DNA of 61,751 nt, filler included, from Choristocarpus tenellus KU-1152 (taxonomy: Eukaryota; Protista; Phaeophyceae): NCBI GenBank assembly GCA_964200185.2. It is 7 parts of 7 records of this genome, joined end to end, with 100 filler letters (N's around TTAATTAATTAA, not from the genome) between each part and the next. Parts side by side here need not be neighbours in the genome. Positions count along the whole stretch, not along the records: positions 45,995 to 52,485 come from CAXNAD020008015.1; positions 52,586 to 55,648 come from CAXNAD020022592.1; positions 55,749 to 61,751 come from CAXNAD020009194.1; 4 more parts are not named here. The stretch is one strand, 5' to 3'. Position 1 is the stretch's first letter. Every line of letters begins with the position of its first letter. Below are positions 52,418 to 61,751 of the stretch, piece by piece. The notes beneath the pieces are model-generated. The model was given only the letters and a program-made list of their open reading frames with translations, had not been told where the DNA came from and did no database searches. Made by a program: the position numbers and the translations under genes.

Positions 52418-52711
52418 GTGGGGGGAAGTGAGGTTTGAAGTACGGAACTGTTTTGTTGACAGCGCTGAACACTGTGTGATGGGACNNNNNNNNNNNNNNN
52501 NNNNNNNNNNNNNNNNNNNNNNNNNNNNNTTAATTAATTAANNNNNNNNNNNNNNNNNNNNNNNNNNNNNNNNNNNNNNNNNNNNGGGTTAAGCGCTTTA
52601 AAGGCGGGGGGGGGGTGATGAGGTCGTTCATTTCTGTTGTTAATGAGGTTTTCTGCTGGTACAAAGAGTAGGACTCAACAACACGTAAGTATATGGCAGA
52701 TTCTGTTCAAG

Positions 52712-54825
52712 GTACAATCAATATGTTGTACTTTTGGACCAAGGAGGCAATGAATTCAAGGATATGCATGGCGGAATCGAGGCTGCCCCATGGTCTGGGA
52801 AAATTTTCAGGCGTCATAAGCATCCAGGAGGCCTACTCTACCGTCCTGGACTTCTCGATAAGAGGAAACTCCAACAGTGCAAAGGATCAACACTGGTGTA
52901 AAAATGTGGACAAATTCCAAAAAAATCGATTTCTTTTTTCGTCCAAGGCTTCCTTCAAAATTTACTTGTGACATTGATGAACAGTGGTTGCGAAGCAGGG
53001 GTATGACACCAAGTGTTTTTAATTTTTTGTTTTGACTCCCAAGGATTTCCTTCCCCTCAATGTAAGACCGACATGACAGGACTTGTTACCTGTCATCTCA
53101 GAAGCAGAAATAGTGACAGTGATGGTCTCTAGCTAAACAGTGTTATACAGAAGGTATATTCGCCAATAATCACTGCTAGATAAGAGGTGTTTGTGTCAAG
53201 GAATGCATATGGTTAGGGCTGTTGTACTTATTGCCTTCTTGTGTGCATTGATTTGTTCTGACTCGTGATCACACCTCCAAATTGTCTAGTGATGATTATG
53301 TTGTCCTCTGACAGTTACACTTTTTTTTCACTTTTCAACACAACCAGGCTCTAGTGCTGGACTTCAATGGGGATGGAGTAAATGACTTGGTGTGTGAGTA
53401 TTACGTGAAGGACACACATGGACTCTGTGATGTGATGAGCCCACCTACTCGTACAAAGGTGGTCGCCAAGCTTGCTGATGGAAGATACATACTGGGAATT
53501 GATTTTATAAGGGTGAGTGAAGGAAGCACTTCTTGTATGGGATATCTTTTGTATCATCGGGGTATAGGTTCTATGTGATTAGAATTTAGGGAAGGGCTTG
53601 GGATTGAGCCTAAAAAACAGGGAGTACTTTTACGTAGCCTTCCATGGTGTTTAGGTAATATACACACGCACTTTTTTTGTGTGGAAAGTATTTTGGAATA
53701 AATTCTTCTATCATTTATCAGTGATATATTTGGATCAATAATATAACTGTTGTATTTCTTGTTGAGGATCATCTGGTGAGGCAAGTCCAAAACGACTCCA
53801 ATTCATCCAACTCTGTTGTGCTATTAATAGTGTTTGGGGGGGGGAGGGNNNNNNNNNNGTCATCCATACATCCCAAAAATTGTCCTGTTTTGTTGTGTGT
53901 TTTATGGTGGGGGGGGGGGGGGGGGGGGGGAGGGGGGTGCCAACTAAATGCGGAAAACTCCCAATTTCCGCTGACTAAAGCCGCTTCTTTTTTTGTATGA
54001 ATGACAGGTCTCCAATAGTGGCAAATATGAGCATGTGATGCAATTCTGATTGTTGAATGGACATCAGGGAGGACGCGCCTATGCATGGGTACATTGGTTG
54101 GCATATCTGACAAATATTTCAAAATTCAAATTTTCTCGTTTTTTGCACATGTTCAATACTCTTTAGTGCATTGCGAAATTAAGCTGACAATAGATGTATG
54201 TTCATTTAAAAAAAAAGCGCCACATTTTCATTCGAAGATTACTATGTATTTTGAATAGTTACTATCCTTAAAAAGTGAAAAAAAGAAGAAATTTTAGGCA
54301 CTTATCGGATGTGGAAACCATTAGTCCACCAGCAGGTGCTTGCTCACCAATGAAAAATGAGATTCTGAAATACAAATAAACATTTACGGAGGGTCTTGTT
54401 TTAACCATCCCTGTACTTCCTAACCCTTCCAAGTTGAAATGAGGAAGCTATACTCTATTCGTTGGACCCTACTTCGGCCACAGATGTAACCCTAACCTCC
54501 GTGGCTTAAACCTGTCACTGGAAGTTTTTTGATAAAGCGTGTTCAGCTTGTCCTGACCAGTTCATAACCTACTTTGGGTTGGGTATTCCTTTTACCTCGT
54601 ATGACAGCATGAATGAAATCCAGTTGATTGAATTTAGATCTTCAATATGATAAAATATGATAAAAGGTTAAGAGTTTGTGCTTGCTTACTTGTCTAAAGG
54701 TGCGACTGGGTCAAGACATGCTAGAGAAGATTGCAGAGGAAACAACTAAGCGACTTGAGGAAAAACGACCACAAGAAAAGGAGGCATTTACTACTGATGA
54801 TGGGGTTCCTGCAGGGGGGAGATGA
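52712..54825 (+). CDS. FG-GAP/VCBS-motif protein, 3' part. Exons 52712-52895, 53348-53512, 54700-54825
   Basis: YNQYVVLLDQGGNEFKD...|ALVLDFNGDGVNDLVCEYY...GIDFIR|VRLGQDMLEKIAEE...GGR*. Calcium-blade motif DFNGDGVNDL; in-frame GT-AG junctions. Confidence 0.6.
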
Positions 54826-57800
54826 CACATTTTCTCCTCTGATGGATGGGAGAGGGTTATGTGATGAAGTGCGCTTTTGCTACAGAAGTGTTCTTTTAGC
54901 GAAATTTGCCAGTGTAGATTATCAGGTCTGATTCAATAGATGATGCATACACTCATATTGTACCAGAAGAAATGTTATTTTGAATGGGTTAGATTAGCAT
55001 ATTCTTTGGTGTGATTTACAAATTCCCTTTCTTGCCGCAGGTTGAGTGTTGTAAGGGAAGGCTTGGTAGTGTAGCATGTGACTTTAGTTTCTGTTAAGAT
55101 TTGAGACCATTTTGTGTCCTATGTGAACAAGAAACCCAGCTTGTGGTGGCATGGTAGGATTTCAATCGAGGTATGGGGCCTTTTCGTACCTTGTGCTTCA
55201 ACAATTATAATGTAGTATTTGTTAGTGGTGCCATTCTAGTAGAAAGTTTATTTCTTGAAATAGCATGATTTGGAACCTTTGCCTTTCCGACTTGAAATTG
55301 AAAATATTGGCAAAGGTGCAGTGAAAACACACAAGCATAGCAGAGCTTGACTCCCATGATCTTCTCTCCTTCAGTGTAACAGGAGGTTCAACGTAATGCA
55401 TGCATGAGTGTAATAGTGTATGTGTAAAGTTCCAACTGAACAGTATTTTTGAGATGAAGTGTGACTGACAGGGAGGGCATAACCTGGGGTGGTGGTATAG
55501 TGCAACCATGAGAGAAAGCGCCAATAGTTTGATACATTCACATACTATGCCATTAGTGGTATGCCGCATGCCAACCTACCAACTCACCCCGTTCCAGTTG
55601 CGGCAATGGCTCAAAGTATCTGGGAGGGGGTGGCAGCTGTCCATTTGGNNNNNNNNNNNNNNNNNNNNNNNNNNNNNNNNNNNNNNNNNNNNTTAATTAA
55701 TTAANNNNNNNNNNNNNNNNNNNNNNNNNNNNNNNNNNNNNNNNNNNNCGTTTTAAGCTGGACACACCTGGGAGATGGGCAAGGAGGGGCCTGTCAGATT
55801 CTTGGGATGCTTCCCTAGCTCCTCACGTGGGGGTGGGTGTAGGGCTAAGCTAAGTGGGAGGCATAGGAGGGGAGTGTAGCATAGTTGATAGGAAGTAGAT
55901 TGTAGAAGAATGTCGTCCACATTTACAACTGTTACTTCTTCAGGGGCTGTTCTGATATTTAATTGGCTTATCATTGGTTTTTCTGCTGACACATCAGCAA
56001 AATCTCCGAGGGCATAATAATAAAATGCATATATTGTTACACCCTGTGACATTTGGAAATGTGTCAGGGGAAAACCAATGGCATCTATTCACATGTCAGA
56101 ATAACCCTCAAAAAAGTAATAGTTGTCGTAAATGTGAAAGACATTGATCTATTTACTATCTGTCGTAGACGGGATTTGACAGCCCCTTTTCTACTGTAGC
56201 CTTCTGTCCCTCTCCCCCCAACTAACTGCGTACGTACGTAGCTAACCCATCCACAAAACTTTCATTTGTATTGAATTGACTATTATTATGACAAAATATT
56301 ATTATATTGTTTTGCCCTCTCACATTTTCCAGATATGTCATGGAAAAATCCAATTCAATATCATTCAACAAAATAGCCTACACACATGTGGAAAGCAGGT
56401 TTAAGCAGGTTTGTCTGTTTTATACCAGCATTACCGTATGCCATACACTGTTACATAGATGGAGGCTCCTTGTCAGGAATCCCTGATTCCAATGGAGGAT
56501 CTTTCGGGAGGATGAATCCGTGGAATCTCTTCAAGAAACCAGTTTCACAGATATGGGAGTGGTATTCATTCAGAGTTGTCAAACACAAAAAAATTACTTT
56601 GTTCTCCAGTCTTGCACATATTTGTCAGCATCCTTAAAAATGGAACCCTGTGGGGTCAGACCCCCAAATTACCTTCACTACCATTAAGGACAGGGTTGGC
56701 CAGATGGTTATGATGGGGCATGACATATCGGAACAAATTCTGCAAATTGCCATCCTGGAGTATTTGCAGAAAACACAAATGATCACAAAATATACGGGGA
56801 AATACCCCAAAAAGTCAACAACAGGCATCATCATTGTCACTGAGTCACGCAGTTACGACATACATTAAAAAACAACAGATTGGACACACAAACACAATGT
56901 TCTGCGAGATAAGGCCTGATTTCAAGGAGCCCAACCACCAACAAACTACTACACTATGCATCAAGAATTCCATTTCAGCTCCGCCTCACAAAACACAATG
57001 ACCAACAAAAAACGTTCTAGTGAATTTCACACTGGGTTTCAAAAGGCCAACCTGGGTTCAAAAAGTTTAGTGATGAACATGATAGTAGGCTCCGGCAGAC
57101 AACCACAGTCTCCTCTTTGATGTAATTGATGAATGTAACAGCACAAGGGGTGTGCACACACGGTCGCACATCACCATGCCAAACTGAGCCCTATTTGTCT
57201 TGGCTTCTCATCAGCAACCCTCATTTACTACAGAAGATATCTACCTTGTTCCACCACATACAGTCTTTCAAAATTTAAAGTTTGGCCTGCTTCTCGAAAG
57301 TTACGACCAGTTTCAAATTATTTCTTGTGTTTATCTTACCAAGTATTATGTACTATATGAATACATATGTGGGCTACTTTGAAAAGGGTGCACAAGCCTT
57401 CCAACTTAAAACACAACAAATGCCTTGTGTCACGCACAACACTGCACTAAACACAAGATCCACCCACTACGAGAAAGTTGTCTACACAAAAACTCCACAA
57501 GTCGCACTTCAATCCAAGTCTGTGGGAGATATGGGGACACCCAACAAAAGCCTGACATAACACACACACAAAATGTACACTTGAAAAAACATTTATCAGG
57601 GAGAGGATTCATCACGTCACTCGGGTCTCACACACACATGGCACAATGCTACTCCCATCCCTTTGCCTGTACCCCACTACAACATCCCCAGAATGTCCAT
57701 GATGGAGAAGGCGTCTTTCTACAATCAACCATGAACTCAATCCTTTACATCAATTTCAAAAGTTACAACAATGTCCCCCCCTATTATCCACACGCTATGG

Positions 57801-58230
57801 TCACGGGTGCCTTAATGCACAACAGTGCTTTTGACATTCTTCCTTTGCACATTTGCACATACCCCTCCAAAACAAACCATCGGCTGAGCCCAATGGGGCA
57901 CGACTATGTATATAACTATTACTCTGGAGCGTACGTCTGGTCAAACCCTATTTGCCAAGCCTACCATCCCACTGTCCCCCCTATAGTCCGTCCCATTATG
58001 TCTTGTGCAGAAAGTGCGAGCTCCCACTCTTCTACAAGATTATCCATTCCTGTGTGTCACCCCAAACCCCCAAACCTCTGCTCCTTGAACTGGTCAACTA
58101 CGCTGCAACAATTGCACTCCTTCCATCCGCAAATGATGGCTTGATCACACATCACACTCTCTTGTTCTTTCATCACAATGAAAGTCATAGAAAAAGAATC
58201 GGTATGGGAGTGCAATACTTCTTGTTCTCC

Positions 58231-61230
58231 CTACTTCGCCTGCAGAGCAGCCACACCTGGCAGGACCTTGCCCTCCAAAAGCTCCAATGATGCTCCACCA
58301 CCTGTTGAGATGTGTGACATCTTGTCTGCCAGTCCCGCCTGTGAGAGGGAAGGATGAAAATAAAAACAAATAGCATTGCGGTAAAATCCTTAAAATATTT
58401 TTGCCATGAATCACAGTAGGCGAACGAAAGAATTTGAAATCACAATCAATGGGGTCAATTGACCAGGTATTCATCTTGCGCATGTGCATGAAGAAGCACA
58501 CAAGACATCCACAGTGCACACAAAAAGTATATAATTCAAAACATTGTACAAACTCTCAAAGCAAGATTCTACTCTTTTCTACTGAACCAGGCACATGAAT
58601 GCAGTAAAAGCGCACACATCCTGAATCGTAACATGAAAACATCATATACCACCAACAACGGATCATAACCAATCACTAGACAATTCACGCCCATCACTTG
58701 CACATTGCCAATGCCAATTATCAGACAAGGGTGGGTGAAAGTATGGACTGAATATAGAGGACAGGTTGTGTTTGATACAGTAGGACACAACTCTTACCTT
58801 TTCAACGGCTGCCACTGAGTCACCTCCACCGATGATGGTAATGCACCCCTTGCTGGTCAAAGCCGCAAGAGTATCAGCTACTGAATATGTACCCTGATCA
58901 ATTAACAAAGGAGATAAGGGAAGATAGGAAGCTGACGATGCTCAAATAACATCACAAGTATAGACTTGACCATGATGAGCACTTCAAGGAGGACTCATAC
59001 AACAAGATCGATGCCACCAATGCAGGAGAGCACACTTGAATCATTATTGTTGTAGTGAGCTCCACTACATATTTTCACTTGCAAATATTGCAAGCACGGC
59101 CATAAATTGAGCACACTTCTTGAGATCCAAGGCTGGCCAGCCTTGGACCTCCACTAACCCCGACCCCTCTCTTCTTATTGACTTGCCTTGGCAAAGGCCT
59201 CAAACTCAAATACTCCCATAGGCCCGTTCCAGATGATAGTCTGGCAGTCTGACAGCTTTTCCTGCCAAAAGCAAAGGGAACCAAAATCAAGGCTTCGCAT
59301 GCAGAAGTTGCTCACTTTTCTTAGGGACTATTGGGCATGTAAATTAAATGAAGTAATTTTCTGTATGTAGTCAACTTGAATTCACATGTGCACTGAGCAC
59401 ACAAATATGAATACTTGAAAATTCAGTTTGACTAGACATCTCGTCCTCCACCTTTCCCCACCTCTCCCCACCTTTTCATGGGTTTTTACTAGAAAAGTAG
59501 TTCAATGCTGCCAACTGAGGGTTGTCGATTTCAGACGCAGCAGATGCATGAGTGAGAGAGGGACAAGAGGGTGCATTGGAGGCTCTTTTGAGTACATACA
59601 TTGATGACAGTTGTTGACTCAGGCCCGTTGTCAAGCCCCATCCAATCATCTGGAATGGCATCCACAGAAACCGTCTGGGAATGGCAATAACGCAGTGGCA
59701 GCGGGGTATACAGAAGGGGTAAGAGGGTAGAGGTTAAGATTAGGATATTGCCATCCTGTCTACCATCAACACCTTTGGTGCCCCAGTAATAGAACACGAC
59801 AGATACTGAGAACCAATGCTCACACCACCTGAGTTTTAGCAGCACACCCCATCATATGGGCATTGCAAGTCAAGATAGGGTAACAAAAATACTTTATCAA
59901 CAAGTGCAGTGTAGATTTGGTTCAGAAATGTGGCTCACTAATATCTGACTCAAGGGCAAGAGATGTACCCAATTTTTTCACTGTCCAGATGATTTAATGG
60001 TGACTTTTGTGTCTGCACGACTTACTATCTGCATGCCAACCCTAATCTATGGCTGATGTGTGTTCTTGGCTGGAGAAAAAACCTTCCCACACAGGAAGAG
60101 TGTCAAAATACACTGTAGTATACTATGGCTACCTTTCATTGATCATCCCACAGTGTGCTGCATACCCTCTATGGGTCTGATCGCCTTAATCCTTGAGAAC
60201 AAGTATACAGTCCATGAAAATATGCATGTTCTCAGACCTCAGATAATCCGCCAAAGAAAATTGCATCTGAAGTCTTTACAACTAACCAGTCCAATCATAC
60301 AATATTTGCAAATATTCACAATAGATCTGTAGCAATCGCCTACACTGATTTTTTTTCTCCAGCCATACTCAAAGATCTTTATCATGAAATACTTCTACAT
60401 TCTTTAGTCTTGTTTTTATGGAAGTCAATAAAACACAGGTTGTGATGCAAGTTGAGGTTACAAGCACCAATAACCACATTACAGAGGAAGGAGGGTAGGG
60501 GTTTTAGTGCTCGACTTGCTATTGTTCGCTTTACCCCAAACTAGAATTTTGCAGTTGGGTTTGGTAGGAATTCCTTGACACTATCAACACACCTGCACAA
60601 CCCAAATCGATACGTACTGTTCCATTGCAAATGCACCTTGTGTCCACAAAGCAAAAGGCACGGATCATTGACATAAAATATAGTTACCTTGACAAAATCT
60701 GGATGTACTGAGACAATGGCACAGGGAAAAGTGATCGCAAAGCAATCAACTGCAGAGTTAAGTTCAAAAGTTTTAAAAAAACCTTTTTTTAGTTCACCTG
60801 TGTATTGGCATCAGCAGAGAATGCATCAGCAACAACAACATCAGTGGGCAGGATGAGTTCCACACCCTTGCTGGCAGCAGTCTCCTCCAGTTCCTTTGCC
60901 TATTATTATAATGAATGTGTTAGAAATTGGAATATACCACACCCACAGGGGTAAGGTATGCATTCGATCGTAGCTGGAATGGATACGCGTACGCTTAAAA
61001 CATTGACAGATAACAAGGAACCCTTTGACCTGGAGTTAGTAACATGAAGCAGTTTGACACATGAAAGTTGAGCTTCTACCAACTAGCATGTGCTCTCCAC
61101 AGCAGAAAACAACTTATTCAACACTCACCAGTTCGAGCTTGTCTTCCTCAACTAGTGATGATCCCACATTGAGACCGCGAGCCTTGAGGAAGGTGAAGAC
61201 CATGCCTCCGCCAATCACCAACTTGTCCAC
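58231..61230 (-). CDS. PGK: Phosphoglycerate kinase, 3' half (probably the plastid-type isoform). Exons 61230-61129, 60899-60798, 59674-59600, 59261-59187, 58893-58798, 58338-58231; 5' part off the right edge
   Basis: Motifs [86 protein letters not shown]. All introns are phase 0. Confidence 0.97.
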
Positions 61231-61751
61231 CTGCACAAAATTTCCATTATAGCATCAGCAGTGTGTTCATATTTGCAGCAATTGTCCAGTGATGTCAGTT
61301 GTAGGACAGAGAGTGACAACTTGCTCAGGGATAGAACTCAGTTGACTCTAAGTACATTTGCACAATCAAAACCTTAAACGGCCATTGAGAATGGTAGTCA
61401 GGTTTTCAAATGCTGTTCTTCAAACCTGATATCCCATGCTACTCATGGTCTTGTAAAATTGAAAAGTTGTACAATAGAAGTCATCAATAATTACAACATA
61501 TTAATCTACTCAACCACTCTATTGCCAGCTGAACTTTGGGAGTTGTAAGTGATATCTAAATGTACTCCCTCTTAGGCACTGATATAAGCATTTCATCCAA
61601 CTAGACTCTGTGCAATGCACTGATTATCATACACCAAAAAAAAAAAAACTGATTACTCATGCTTTTCCTCTTTTGTTGCATAATGTGGGAAGAGGAAACG
61701 CCTTGTTGTACTATTCCTCAATCCCCCCTCTAATTCCACCCCTACTTTACC

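Noticed and set aside
52417-52712. Fusing the coiled-coil exons with the FG-GAP exons into one gene
   Set aside because: They are separated by an artificial linker and the phases do not match directly (0 versus 2).
57425-58144. 239-aa plus-strand ORF
   Set aside because: Non-ATG start, His/Thr/Pro-rich CA-biased composition, antisense to the probable PGK 3' UTR, no motif.

Overview
Intron-rich eukaryotic nuclear DNA. The gene content, TTAGGG repeats and TE types suggest a photosynthetic stramenopile, most likely a brown alga or close relative (inference). Six artificial 100-nt linkers (N44-TTAATTAATTAA-N44) split the window into contigs, so adjacency across them is unproven. Host genes reconstructed exon by exon: a DET1/AT74-like histidine phosphatase (5' part), complex I subunit NDUFB7, a divergently transcribed 5-exon gene with a degenerate 2H-phosphoesterase-like domain plus a GCK/Mia40-like domain, a single-ORF MYND zinc-finger gene, an M17 leucyl aminopeptidase (3' part), a type II membrane protein (5' part), a coiled-coil protein, an FG-GAP protein (3' part) and phosphoglycerate kinase (3' part, with a GC-AG intron). 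Mobile DNA: a decayed Ty1/Copia element with two LTRs, a scrambled relative of it, two LINE remnants, a mariner-like transposase remnant and five copies of a ~260-bp MITE with GAG...CTC ends and 4-bp TSDs (Sola2-like). Two observations stand out. First, a ~220-bp AT-rich Rickettsiales-type rpoA fragment is inserted into decayed host sequence between TATCA duplications. Second, the candidate non-canonical Mia40-like protein sits head-to-head with NDUFB7, a twin-CX9C substrate of that pathway. All homology calls are from manual motif recognition; no searches were run.
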